A program made the position numbers and the translations under genes. DNA of 63,927 nt, filler included, from Octopus bimaculoides (lineage: Eukaryota), in assembly GCF_001194135.2 (NCBI RefSeq). It is 8 parts of 4 records of this genome, joined end to end, with 100 filler letters (N's around TTAATTAATTAA, not from the genome) between each part and the next. Parts side by side here need not be neighbours in the genome. Positions count along the whole stretch, not along the records: positions 1 to 19,169 come from NC_068988.1; positions 19,270 to 23,193 come from NC_068988.1; 6 more parts are not named here. The stretch is one strand, 5' to 3'. The notes beneath the pieces are model-generated. The model did no database searches and was not told where the DNA came from. It saw only the letters and a program-made list of their open reading frames with translations. This document shows positions 12,501-23,293 of the stretch, piece by piece; the stretch's first letter is position 1, and the number at the start of each line of letters is the position of its first letter.

Positions 12501-12714
12501 ACAACTTCACAATATTGGATATTGTGCAACGTCTTTAATGATAATGAATTCCTTTGGCACAAAACCAGCAATTTTTTTTTGGGGGGGGGGGGGTAGTGAA
12601 ACTATATTGCCCCTCCTTCATCTATGCTCAACTGCTAATTATTTTATAACTGCTCAGTACCACAGATTTGCTTGTCAGTTGTTTGACCGTAACAAGTTGA
12701 GCATGGCCCTTGAT

Positions 12715-13080
12715 GGTCTGTACATATCTGATCATGAGTAAAAGTAGTAGGGGAGCATCATAGCCATGTGTTGAGGGGAATTCTTTGGGGTTTGGATAAT
12801 TCACCTCTGGAAACATGGGTGTTTCATTTATCATCCTTAAACAGACCTTATTCAGGGACCTATTTGAGTGGAATAGGCTACTCCACCTGAAGAAAATCTA
12901 ACTGGGACCCACCTGCAAGATCATGCACTGTTTATTCTGATATGAGGCCACCATGTTGTGCACATGTGGTTGTGATGCATGTACCTAGTGTACTCTTATC
13001 AAACAGGTAGTCAAGATGGGTATATTGGGTTTCGAATAATTGTATCCCAGTGTCACTTTGATGGTCTGTGTTCTCACTCA
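12715..13080. repeat. Probable unclassified interspersed repeat
   Basis: Non-coding and GC-richer than its flanks; resembles an octopus repeat from memory only. Single copy in this window. Confidence 0.3.
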
Positions 13081-13094
13081 GGAATAATAAATTG

Positions 13095-13360
13095 AGAAAT
13101 ATCTGGATCTAGCCGAAGAGTTGAAGGGAGTGTGAAAGTCTAAGACATTCATTATTCCTGTAGTAATTGGTGCACTTGGCACAACATCCGAAACAACCTA
13201 AAACACTAGAAAAGACTGGAATTGGAGCTTGCATTGTTGACCTGCAGCAAAATACCATCTTATATTCTGCAAGAACCCCAAGAAAGATTTTTGAGATTCA
13301 ATGAGATGTTGTCACCAAACCACAAAATAGCATTCCTGCTAATTGAATTGACATGTAATA
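13095..13360 (+). mobile_element. Second R4/Dong-like RLE LINE 3' end with (AAT)n tail
   Basis: EKYLDLAEELKGV*KSKTFIIPVVIGALGTTS...LQQNTILYSARTPRKI, followed by (AAT)n at 13362-13437. Confidence 0.7.
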
Positions 13361-13437
<77 letters not shown>

Positions 13438-13917
13438 NNNNNNNNNNNNNNNNNNNNNNNNNNNNNNNNNNNNNNNNNNNNNNNNNNNNNNNNNNNNNNN
13501 NNNNNNNNNNNNNNNNNNNNNNNNNNNNNNNNNNNNNNNNNNNNNNNNNNNNNNNNNNNNNNNNNNNNNNNNNNNNNNNNNNNNNNNNNNNNNNNNNNNN
13601 NNNNNNNNNNNNNNNNNNNNNNNNNNNNNNNNNNNNNNNNNNNNNNNNNNNNNNNNNNNNNNNNNNNNNNNNNNNNNNNNNNNNNNNNNNNNNNNNNNNN
13701 NNNNNNNNNNNNNNNNNNNNNNNNNNNNNNNNNNNNNNNNNNNNNNNNNNNNNNNNNNNNNNNNNNNNNNNNNNNNNNNNNNNNNNNNNNNNNNNNNNNN
13801 NNNNNNNNNNNNNNNNNNNNNNNNNNNNNNNNNNNNNNNNNNNNNNNNNNNNNNNNNNNNNNNNNNNNNNNNNNNNNNNNNNNNNNNNNNNNNNNNNNNN
13901 NNNNNNNNNNNNNNNNN

Positions 13918-13966
<49 letters not shown>

Positions 13967-14306
13967 GTGTGGTTGGGGTGGAGGGGAATAGATGGAATTG
14001 TATATGTCCATAATAGGCTGTGTGAAAGACATGCGTGTTTAGAAATGGTTGTTCAAGAAAACAAGAAATGTGTGTGTGTATGTGTGTTTAGCATACAGAG
14101 GTTCTATGATGGAAAGAATGTCTTGGAAAGAACAGTGTGTTGATAAGAGAGTGTTTTGGGAGAAATCCGATATATGGCTTGTCCATAATATAAATTCATT
14201 CTTTCATGGATAGCATTTGTAAAGAAAAAGAGGAAAGAGGGAGATGCATTGCACACGGAAGGAAGGGGAAACGGTCGATGGGGAAGAAAGATAGCAAGAC
14301 ACACTA

Positions 14307-14307
<1 letters not shown>

Positions 14308-14365
<58 letters not shown>

Positions 14366-14470
14366 GAGACAGAGTGAGACAGAGAAAGAGAGAGACAGAC
14401 AGAGAGAGAGACAGACAGACAGAAAGAGAGAGAGAGAGAGACAGAGAAAGAGAGAGAGAGAGAGACACAG

Positions 14471-14501
<31 letters not shown>

Positions 14502-14525
14502 GACACACACACAGAAACAGAGAAA

Positions 14526-14559
<34 letters not shown>

Positions 14560-14561
14560 CA
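14308..14561. repeat. (GA)n/(GACA)n microsatellite running into a gap
   Basis: Direct reading. Confidence 0.95.
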
Positions 14562-15331
14562 NNNNNNNNNNNNNNNNNNNNNNNNNNNNNNNNNNNNNNN
14601 NNNNNNNNNNNNNNNNNNNNNNNNNNNNNNNNNNNNNNNNNNNNNNNNNNNNNNNNNNNNNNNNNNNNNNNNNNNNNNNNNNNNNNNNNNNNNNNNNNNN
14701 NNNNNNNNNNNNNNNNNNNNNNNNNNNNNNNNNNNNNNNNNNNNNNNNNNNNNNNNNNNNNNNNNNNNNNNNNNNNNNNNNNNNNNNNNNNNNNNNNNNN
14801 NNNNNNNNNNNNNNNNNNNNNNNNNNNNNNNNNNNNNNNNNNNNNNNNNNNNNNNNNNNNNNNNNNNNNNNNNNNNNNNNNNNNNNNNNNNNNNNNNNNN
14901 NNNNNNNNNNNNNNNNNNNNNNNNNNNNNNNNNNNNNNNNNNNNNNNNNNNNNNNNNNNNNNNNNNNNNNNNNNNNNNNNNNNNNNNNNNNNNNNNNNNN
15001 NNNNNNNNNNNNNNNNNNNNNNNNNNNNNNNNNNNNNNNNNNNNNNNNNNNNNNNNNNNNNNNNNNNNNNNNNNNNNNNNNNNNNNNNNNNNNNNNNNNN
15101 NNNNNNNNNNNNNNNNNNNNNNNNNNNNNNNNNNNNNNNNNNNNNNNNNNNNNNNNNNNNNNNNNNNNNNNNNNNNNNNNNNNNGTAAGGTTAAGATATG
15201 GCAGTAAACATAATAGGGGGGGACGGAGAATTGTAGAAATGAAGCAGGAGGTGGGGGCGTAAACTAGGGTGGGGTCGTTAAAGTACTGTGGGAATTGCTT
15301 GATTATAAGTGTGTGTGTGTAGGTATGCATA

Positions 15332-15369
<38 letters not shown>

Positions 15370-15419
15370 AGGTAATTGACCAGATTAACATGTTATACAT
15401 CACTGGTCACAGTGCACTT

Positions 15420-15518
15420 TCCATCATTTTAGCTCACTGGCTAGATGAGCAGGCCAACATTCCACCCTGGTTGGAAGGCTAACCCATTGCAGGGATTACC
15501 CTACCCATTTACAGCTAA
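15420..15518 (-). mobile_element. Decayed SINE fragment (Deu/Nin-like domain)
   Basis: ccaccctggttggaaggctaacccattgcagggattaccc...catttacagctaagtggactg resembles the reverse complement of invertebrate Deu/Nin-type SINE cores, from memory. Confidence 0.35.
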
Positions 15519-16704
15519 GTGGACTGAGTATATATATACACACACACAAATGTGTGTTTGCATGTATGTAAAAGAGAAGGAAAGCAACAGTGAGTGAGAG
15601 AGAGAGAGAAGAATAGTGAGATGGGGGGAGTAGAAGGGGGGGGGGCGAGAGATGAGGTAAAGCTGAAATGACAAATTGAGTGTGAGATGAATATAAGTAA
15701 ACAGTCCGGATCATATCAGGAGTTGTCAGTTGGTCATTTTACTTCATCGGAACACACTCACACAAACACACGTGTGCACACACACACACACACACACACA
15801 CACGTTCACCCAGACATACATTTACACACACATGCACACTCATCTCTCTGCATAGATAATCCTGGTATTAATCAACTATGAAAGATCAACATATACACAC
15901 AAAATCTCCACTACAGAAAATCTAAATTTAGTTTGTGTCCATTGTTTTTTTTTTGTTTGTTCTTTCCTTTTTTTTTTTGTCTTTTTACATCATTTACATT
16001 TATGGAAGGGATGGGGGAGAGAAATCCATTTTTTCTTTCTTTTCTTTTTTTTTTCCACTTTTTCATTTAATCCATTCTTCATCAAACACCTCGTTAATCT
16101 TCTGATGGCGTTCCTCACATCGTTGAAATGAAAAAAATCCAACAAACAGAAATGTGTGCCAACCGCTCGACTCAACAACTTAGAACCGTTCCTCTGTTAC
16201 CTTGCACCAGTCTCGTTAATATTTCGACATTTCCCTCACTTCTTCCACGTAATTACTANNNNNNNNNNNNNNNNNNNNNNNNNNNNNNNNNNNNNNNNNN
16301 NNNNNNNNNNNNNNNNNNNNNNNNNNNNNNNNNNNNNNNNNNNNNNNNNNNNNNNNNNNNNNNNNNNNNNNNNNNNNNNNNNNNNNNNNNNNNNNNNNNN
16401 NNNNNNNNNNNNNNNNNNNNNNNNNNNNNNNNNNNNNNNNNNNNNNNNNNNNNNNNNNNNNNNNNNNNNNNNNNNNNNNNNNNNNNNNNNNNNNNNNNNN
16501 NNNNNNNNNNNNNNNNNNNNNNNNNNNNNNNNNNNNNNNNNNNNNNNNNNNNNNNNNNNNNNNNNNNNNNNNNNNNNNNNNNNNNNNNNNNNNNNNNNNN
16601 NNNNNNNNNNNNNNNNNNNNNNNNNNNNNNNNNNNNNNNNNNNNNNNNNNNNNNNNNNNNNNNNNNNNNNNGGGGGTAAATGATTGTCAAAAGAAATTTA
16701 GTCG

Positions 16705-16860
16705 TCAAAGAACTTGACTGGCCGCACTCTGACTTAGGTAGATAATTGCTCCGACAAAGTTAACACCAGCGGCAATGATGAACACAGGAAACCAACGGCC
16801 ATGAGACTGTGTGACTAATTCAGCAGTTAGTGGACCACAAGTTATTCCAGGAATGGTAGC
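16705..16860 (-). CDS. Terminal coding exon of an SLC17-family (sialin/VNUT-like) MFS anion transporter: ATIPGITCGPLTAELVTQSHGRWFPVFIIAAGVNFVGAIIYLSQSAASQVL*
   Basis: Strong acceptor tttctttctttatttgcttttcag; 156 nt = 51 codons plus TGA. Matches the last two TM helices of SLC17 proteins (T(I/L)PG...W..VF..AA.(I/V)N..GA..Y). In phase with the upstream exon. Confidence 0.9.
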   Translation of the reverse strand, partial: ATIPGITCGPLTAELVTQSHGRWFPVFIIAAGVNFVGAIIYLSQSAASQVL

Positions 16861-17104
16861 CTGAAAAGCAAATAAAGAAAGAAATCTTATTCCAGTATTC
16901 TTTACAGTAAATTCTACTTCAAAGTTTTATTTACGATTTTCAACTTTTTTACTCTTTATAAATATATTACTTCAATTCTTTTTCGGAATACAGGATCTCA
17001 GAACACATAAAGCTATAGTAATGTAATCATCAGCTTACACAACTCTTTGAATAGATAAAATCCAACGGATTTTTTTAAACAAATATTTACAAATTGGTGA
17101 AGTT

Positions 17105-17260
17105 GCATGGCTCAGTGGTTAGAGCATCAGGCTCACAACCACGAGGTAGTGAGTTCAATTCCTGGACCGGGCTGTGTGTTATGCTCTTGAGCAAGACACT
17201 TTATTTTCACGTTGCTCCAATTCACTCAGTTGTAGAAATGAGTTGCAATGTCACTGATCA
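17105..17260 (+). mobile_element. SINE family C in the last intron of the SLC17-like gene
   Basis: TGGCTCAGTGGTTAGAGC (A box), GAGTTCAATTCC (B box), tgagcaagacactttatt...ttcactcagttgtagaaatgagt. Confidence 0.8.
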
Positions 17261-17411
17261 AAAGTTTCCAGCCTTGACCAGCCTGTAATAATTTTTAAAA
17301 TATGTATTTAGGAGAGCATAATCTAATGTGTTCTTCCATTTTTTTCAAATGGAAGGTTAAGATTTGAAGGCAATTTGACTTTAATTTTAACAGGTCAAGT
17401 AACTTCTTAGA

Positions 17412-17560
17412 GCAAGGATGGGCAACCTTTATGAAGAAGTGGACCACATGAGACATGATTCATCATCAGGTGAGCTGCACTATTGAAAATAATGCAACAT
17501 AATTTTTTGTTAGATGCACCATTCAGAAAGTCATGTAGGCTACATGCAGCCCCAGTGGTG
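17412..17560. mobile_element. Possible decayed hAT-type MITE
   Basis: Begins caaggatgggcaacct, resembling hAT/Charlie CAGGGATGGGCAAC termini; ends ggctacatgcagccc. Confidence 0.3.
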
Positions 17561-17936
17561 AAGACCGCTGTTGACTATCGGCCATTTTTTGTAATCATCT
17601 GGTTGTGGTGAGAATGGAGACACAATGTTCAGTTGCCTCAACATTCTGCAATTACCACCAAAAACGGTCTTTTTACAGGGTACAAGAAAAAGATTCTAGA
17701 AGATTGAATCATGGCATGATTTTACTTGGTTGCTTAATAGAGAACAATCACTTGGAATAATGTGAGACATGACCAGTTACCTAGTGGTTAGGTTTTGAAT
17801 CCCCACTACAGGCTTCTAGTGTAAACTAAAGGTTAATTAGTTACTTCACAAAATGTTCTAATGATTTAACAATAATGACTGAACGCAAGTGATCTCAACG
17901 TGAGATCCTTTCCACCATGGACAGATATCTACTTAC

Positions 17937-18051
17937 CAAAGTATTAGATACAGCAAAGGTAATACCAGCATGATTGGGAGCTACTTCAGGATGGTTACTT
18001 AAATGTCCAGCTGAATTGCAGGCACTCAGTCCAAGAGATATTGATACAAAC
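17937..18051 (-). CDS. Penultimate coding exon of the SLC17-family transporter: (x)FVSISLGLSACNSAGHLSNHPEVAPNHAGITFAVSNTL
   Basis: Acceptor ttgtccattttcaacag, donor TTG|gtaagt; 115 nt, ends in phase 0 and splices in frame to 16860. Contains the SLC17 motif N(H)x(D/E)(I/V)APx(H/Y)AG...SNT. Confidence 0.9.
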
Positions 18052-18120
18052 CTGTTGAAAATGGACAATAATAAATTGAGGCTAAGATCAGATTAGAGGT
18101 TAATGAACAATAAAACAATA

Positions 18121-18375
18121 ATCCTTTCTACTAAAGGCATAAGGAGGAGGGGGGGGGGGGGGATTTCAAATTTTTCAACAAGGGCAGTAACTTTGGGAGA
18201 GGGGATGAGTCGATTACATTGACCCCAGTACACAACTGGTACTTATTTAACTGACCCTGAAAGGAAGAAACGCAAAGTCAACTTTGGCAGAATTTTAACT
18301 CAGAAGATAAAGACAGACAAAACGCTGAAAAGCACTTTGCCCCGGCATTGCTAACGGTTCTGCTAGCACCCCACC

Positions 18376-18377
<2 letters not shown>
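18121..18377 (-). mobile_element. SINE family B
   Basis: Family B core; followed by (AAT)n at 18378-18417. Confidence 0.85.
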
Positions 18378-18417
<40 letters not shown>

Positions 18418-18657
18418 GTGAAAAGGTTGTGCCTATAGTAAATGGTGCATCCAGGACTGTAAGCAAAGATATAGAGAAATGGTTGAAGGAGATTGGAATG
18501 TCTTGTAGAACTTCTACAGAAAGTTAGCCTCTTAGGGACAGGAAGGATTCTAAGCACTTGAACAACTACTGAAAGCTCGTGGGTCCCTAAGGTCAGAGGT
18601 AGTAACCCGCTACCCACATAAATCCTGTCAGGAATAAGTAGAAACTCAAGTCAAATC
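18418..18657 (+). mobile_element. Third R4/Dong-like RLE LINE 3' end
   Basis: KVVPIVNGASRTVSKDIEKWLKEIGMSC..LLQKVSLLGTGRILST. Bounded by (AAT)n on the left and aataataat on the right. Confidence 0.7.
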
Positions 18658-18669
18658 AATAATAATGAT

Positions 18670-18778
18670 GGTTTCAATTTTTGACACAGAGCCAGAAGTT
18701 TTGGAGGGGAGGGAGAGGTCAATTATATCGACCCCCAGTACTTATTTTATTGACCCCCAAAAGGATGAAAGACAAAGC
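18670..18778 (-). mobile_element. SINE family B, 3' half
   Basis: ggtttcaattttgacac...atcgacccccagtacttattttattgacccccaaaaggatgaaagacaaag. Confidence 0.75.
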
Positions 18779-18964
18779 ATGTAATGTAAGGGAAAGAGCC
18801 TTATTGTATACGGTGTTCAGGTGCACTACAACTCATCAAAAAAGGTTGAAAGAGAGGACAGAAAGCAGTTTAAAGTCAAGAAAAGATAGAAAACAATGAA
18901 GGCTAAAATGACGTAAGCAATACACAAGAATAAAACATCAAGAAAAGTGAACTTGAAAAAAGAG

Positions 18965-19169
18965 CCATAAAGAAGAAAGAGTGAAAAATATCCATCAACT
19001 GTAAATAATGTAACTAATGTCCATAAAGAAGAAAGAGTGAAAAATATCCGTCAAATGTAAATAATGTAACTAATGTCCATAAAGAAGAAAGAGTGAAAAA
19101 TATCCGTCAACTGTAAATAATGTAACTAATGTCCATAAAGAAGAAAGAGTGAAAAATATCCGTCAAATG
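18965..19169. repeat. 56-bp minisatellite, at least 3.6 copies, truncated by a gap
   Basis: Unit ccataaagaagaaagagtgaaaaatatccgtcaactgtaaataatgtaactaatgt starts at 18965, 19021, 19077 and 19133. Confidence 0.95.
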
Positions 19170-19394
19170 NNNNNNNNNNNNNNNNNNNNNNNNNNNNNNN
19201 NNNNNNNNNNNNNTTAATTAATTAANNNNNNNNNNNNNNNNNNNNNNNNNNNNNNNNNNNNNNNNNNNNTATATATATATGTATATATAGATGTGTGTGT
19301 GCATGTATGTATGTATGTATGTATGTATGTATATATGAGTGTGTGTGTGTATCTGCATGTATGTATTTATATGTGTGTGTGTGTATATATAATG

Positions 19395-21690
19395 TACTGA
19401 TCCGTGATAGAAAATTCAACAAAAAAAGTACTCCATCTGGTGAGAGGTAAATATTATTTATTTAAAAGTCACAATACATGTATTAAAGTGCTGCTATTAG
19501 TTTTATATGTTGAGGAAGCTCAAACATATTCTTCAGGTTTGCACCTCAGAAAACTGAGAAGGCATCATATATAAAATGCAGACAATAAACAACGGAAAAC
19601 GAAAAACAGAAACTAAAATGTTAAAAGTAGAAAGTAAAAAGGTAAAAGAGCTATCTTCATTAGACTTGAAATGATAAGGCTGGAAAGATATCAAATCAGT
19701 CAAGAATAGGTGGAATTTTCCAATTCTTCAAAATATATTTATACATATGCAAGCAACCACTGGAATTTTCTGACCTGGAGTTCAATAGAGAGTTAGGAAT
19801 CTTAGACCTGAACAGGATCTGCGCTCTTTCGGCCAAACAAAGTCTACATTTATTTGATCTTTTCACACACGGTATGGATTTCTTAATTACTTTCCATTTC
19901 AAAGTCAATATGTAGCTAGTCAACTTAGTAGCTTTACTTTTGTCCCTATGTCGGAAGGAGGTTATGTGATAGGCACAGCAACTTGTAAATTCACCATCAC
20001 ATAATCCAATATAGGTCTTTATATCAGTTGTATTATTATTTAGAGTTGCAGTAATTTCTGCCTCATATATGATAGATTTAATCATACATCAGTGGTGAAG
20101 TGGACAGGATCCTGGGTCGCAACAGTTGCAACTGGATTCAAGTTCTTGGAATTGACCACGTGTAATGATGCTCTTCATACTGGGGCAGCAGCTATATGAT
20201 AATTTCATGGAATGCCTATTAAATATTTTTCCTGTATCTGTGAGTGGCTGGAAAGTGTTTGTCTAGAGGATACAGGAGTCTTTTACCAATGTTAGTTTTT
20301 ATATTAAGCGAAAAGGGTGGGGGTGAACCAAATAATTTTCCTTGGCCTATTTTTAAGTTTCTTATTTTCCTGATTATTACTAGAGTGGTTATGAACTACT
20401 TTATCTTTGATGCCACTAGATCTATATATATATCAATAAATATTTTGATTATTATTAGAGGGATTATATATTAATTTATCTATGAAGCCACTATTGACTT
20501 AGGCCTTGTTATAATAGGGGGCAGCTTTCTCGAAAATTTCTTAGGAAGAAGAGAGGTTAGACACTCTGTTACAAATATTAGCTATCAGGTTTTTAAATAT
20601 TACAAGACTGTTAATGTATATATGCGATTTTCTCATTAGGCTAATAGAAAGATTTATATGATGAGAAGTTTAAATCTAGGGAAACATCTAAATAATCAAC
20701 TATAGAGAAATTATTAGCTACTGTAATTTTAAGTCCTAATTTATTAAAGGTAGAAATTAGTTGCTTCCTAAATCTATCAAGGGTGTGACCACAGACGTCA
20801 GCACAATCATATGACCCCATAGTTATATCAAATAGTTCATCGCTATGCAACTTTTTTACCCATGCTAATCCTTTACTGAACAATTATGTTTTCCTCACAT
20901 ACCTGATAAAATCTAGGTCTATAGTGTCAATATCAACATATGATTTAGCAAATTCAATCACGTTATCAAGCAGCAATCTAGATATAGAGGGATAAAAGTC
21001 TATAATATCAAACTAGGTAAACTTAACCTTATTCTTATACTTAATATTCTTAAACCAATCTATTACAGTAAAACTGTTATTCCATTGTTGAAGCCCAGTA
21101 ATTTCCCTAATTCTAATATTAATATTTCTAAGTATTGTTTTTTAGCTACTAGCCCAGTTTCAGATCACGCTGGGTTTAACAATCTACAAGTAGGATTATC
21201 ATGATAATTGGGCTTATGGTCTTTTAAAGTAATAAACGCCCCCCCCCCCTCGCTAAGCATTTTATCCAAAAATATGAACTTCTTTTTAGAACTTCTAAAG
21301 TTTTAAGTATCAGATTTCATTTTAGTTTGAAAGGAGATATGATATTTATGAAATCTAATATTGGTAACTAAATTAAAGAGGTTAGACTCAAAGGGGACTA
21401 AATCTTTAACAATAGGAAGGTATTTACATTCTTTAAATCATAATGTTCTCTATATGAGGTAGATAATCTGGAATCAAAAAGTAAAGCTTTCCATCTCATC
21501 CATTTTATGAGATCTTTAACTTTCTCAAGTAGTATCCTGAGATATAATTTATTTGGTGGTGTAGGTATATTCTTAGTAGAGTAATCCATGTGGTATAAAT
21601 TCATAATAGTGTGACTTGGTTGAATCTTTATAGTGACTCAACAAAGCAATCATGCCGATCATATGGCAGTTATGAATTTACAGTGAAAAA
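19395..21690 (-). mobile_element. Near-full-length decayed Penelope-like element (RT + C-terminal GIY-YIG; Hydra-clade-like)
   Basis: N-term DYSTKNIP...RWKALLF (21398-21604); RT FDITMGSYDCADVC and DYLDVSLDL (20641-20883); RKIIWFTPPFSLNIKTNIGK...DKHFP (~20250-20350); CNC..CPL..C.IKSIIYEAE..YIGLC..H..SF..CRLCLAE..LNSRSE..CLH (19696-20140). Confidence 0.9.
19488..19545 (-). ncRNA. Degenerate minimal type I hammerhead ribozyme in the PLE 3' terminal repeat
   Basis: Minus strand: ggtgc-aaac-CTGAAGA-atatgtttgag cttc ctcaacatat-AAAAC-taata-GCA-gcac. G12A and cleavage-site changes relative to the copy at 21807. Confidence 0.6.
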
Positions 21691-21699
21691 CTAATATTA

Positions 21700-22520
21700 G
21701 GAGGTATATAATGTATTGATCCGTGATAGAAAATTCAACAAAAAAAGTACACCATCTGGTGAGAGATAAATATTATTTATTTAAAGGTCACAATACATGT
21801 ATTAAAGTGCTACTAATAGTTTCATATGTTGAGAGAACTCACACATATTCTTCAGGCGCCAACCACATATCATAACAAACCAAAGAAATTGAATAATAGA
21901 AGAAACATGAAAAAACTGAGAAAGCAGCATATATAAAATGCAGACAGTAAACAATGGAAAACGAAAAACAGGAACTAAAATGTAAAAAATAGAATGTAAA
22001 AAAGGTAAAAGAGCTATCTTCCATAGACTTGAAATGATAAGGCTGGAAAGATATCAAGTCAGTCAGGAATAGGTGGAATTTTTCCAATTCTTCAAAATAT
22101 ATTTATACATATGCAAGCAACCAGTGAAAATTTCTGACCTGGAGTTCAATAGAGAGTTAAGAATCTTAGATCTAAACAGGATCTGCACACTTTCACCCAA
22201 ACAAAGTCTACATTTATTTGATCTATTCACACACGGTATGGATTTCTTAATTACTTTCCATTTAATCACATGCAGTGTTTTGTTATCTTTCATACGTAGT
22301 AGCCAAATTAGTAGCTTTACTTTTGTCTCTATGTCAGAAGACAGCTATGTGATTGGCATAGTGAGTTTTAGATTTACCTTCACATAATCCAATATAGGCC
22401 TTCTTATCAGTTGTATTATTATTTAAGGTTGCAGTAACTTCTGCCTCATATATGATAGATTTAGTCATACATTGTTGGTCAAGTGGACAGGATCCTAACT
22501 GCCATATGATAGGCATGGTT
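21700..22520 (-). mobile_element. Upstream partial tandem PLE copy (GIY-YIG plus terminal repeat, i.e. a pseudo-LTR)
   Basis: Direct, diverged repeat of 19395-20130. GSCPLDQQCMTKSIIYEAEV...YIGLCEG..HYANH; KWKVIKKSIPCVNRSNKCRLCL. Confidence 0.9.
21807..21859 (-). ncRNA. Minimal type I hammerhead ribozyme with intact core in the PLE terminal repeat
   Basis: Minus strand: gcgc-CUGAAGA-[auaugu(g)ugag uucu cuca acauau]-GAAAC-uauua-GUA-gcac. Stem II is 10 bp, stem I has 3 of 4 pairs, and helix III is the near-palindrome ACUA-U-UAGU. Confidence 0.75.
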
Positions 22521-22931
22521 GCTTTGTTAAGTTGAGTGACTCTAAAGATTCAACCAAGTTTCGCACTATTATGGATTTATACCACATGGATTACTCTACC
22601 TGGTATATATCTACACTACCAAATAAACTATATCTCAAGATACTAAAGAAAGTTGATGATCTCATGAAATGGAGCTGATGAAAAGATCAAGTAGTATCCT
22701 GGGATATAGTTTATTTGATGGATTAGATATATACTTAGTAGAGTAATCCATGTGGTATAAATCCGCAATAGTATGAAACTTGGTTGAATCTTTAGAGTCA
22801 CTCATCTTAACAAAGCAATCACTAATATTAGTAACAGAGTGTCTAACCGTTCTTCTTCCAAAAAAATTTTCAAGAAAGCTGCCCCCTGTTATAACAAGGC
22901 CCTAGCCAATTGTGGCTTCAAAGATAATTTA

Positions 22932-22935
<4 letters not shown>
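22520..22935. mobile_element. Rearranged PLE fragments: inverted pair of 5'-ORF pieces plus an inverted thumb-region piece
   Basis: 22520-22660 (+) encodes MDLYHMDYSTWYISTLPNKLYLKIL; 22690-22825 is the minus-strand copy of the same piece; 22830-22935 (+) is the reverse complement of ~20465-20580. Confidence 0.8.
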
Positions 22936-22969
<34 letters not shown>

Positions 22970-23159
22970 TTATTTATATACATATACACATACATATCTA
23001 CATTTGTACATACATATCTGTATATATTAAGATTATGCTTTGGCATAGTGATACTAATACATATGCTTCATAGTAAAGCATTCATCAACTACAGAGTATA
23101 TGAAATTAGATGACAAGGAAACAGGAATTATATAATCAACTTTATTGGCTTACAACTGA

Positions 23160-23193
<34 letters not shown>

Positions 23194-23293
23194 NNNNNNN
23201 NNNNNNNNNNNNNNNNNNNNNNNNNNNNNNNNNNNNNTTAATTAATTAANNNNNNNNNNNNNNNNNNNNNNNNNNNNNNNNNNNNNNNNNNNN

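Noticed and set aside
18965-19169. Possible CRISPR-like array
   Set aside because: Contiguous 56-bp units with no unique spacers, no cas genes, eukaryotic context.
19696-21604. RT plus GIY-YIG nuclease as a prokaryotic retron, DGR or defence system
   Set aside because: Domain order, motifs, pseudo-LTRs and decay are those of eukaryotic Penelope-like elements.
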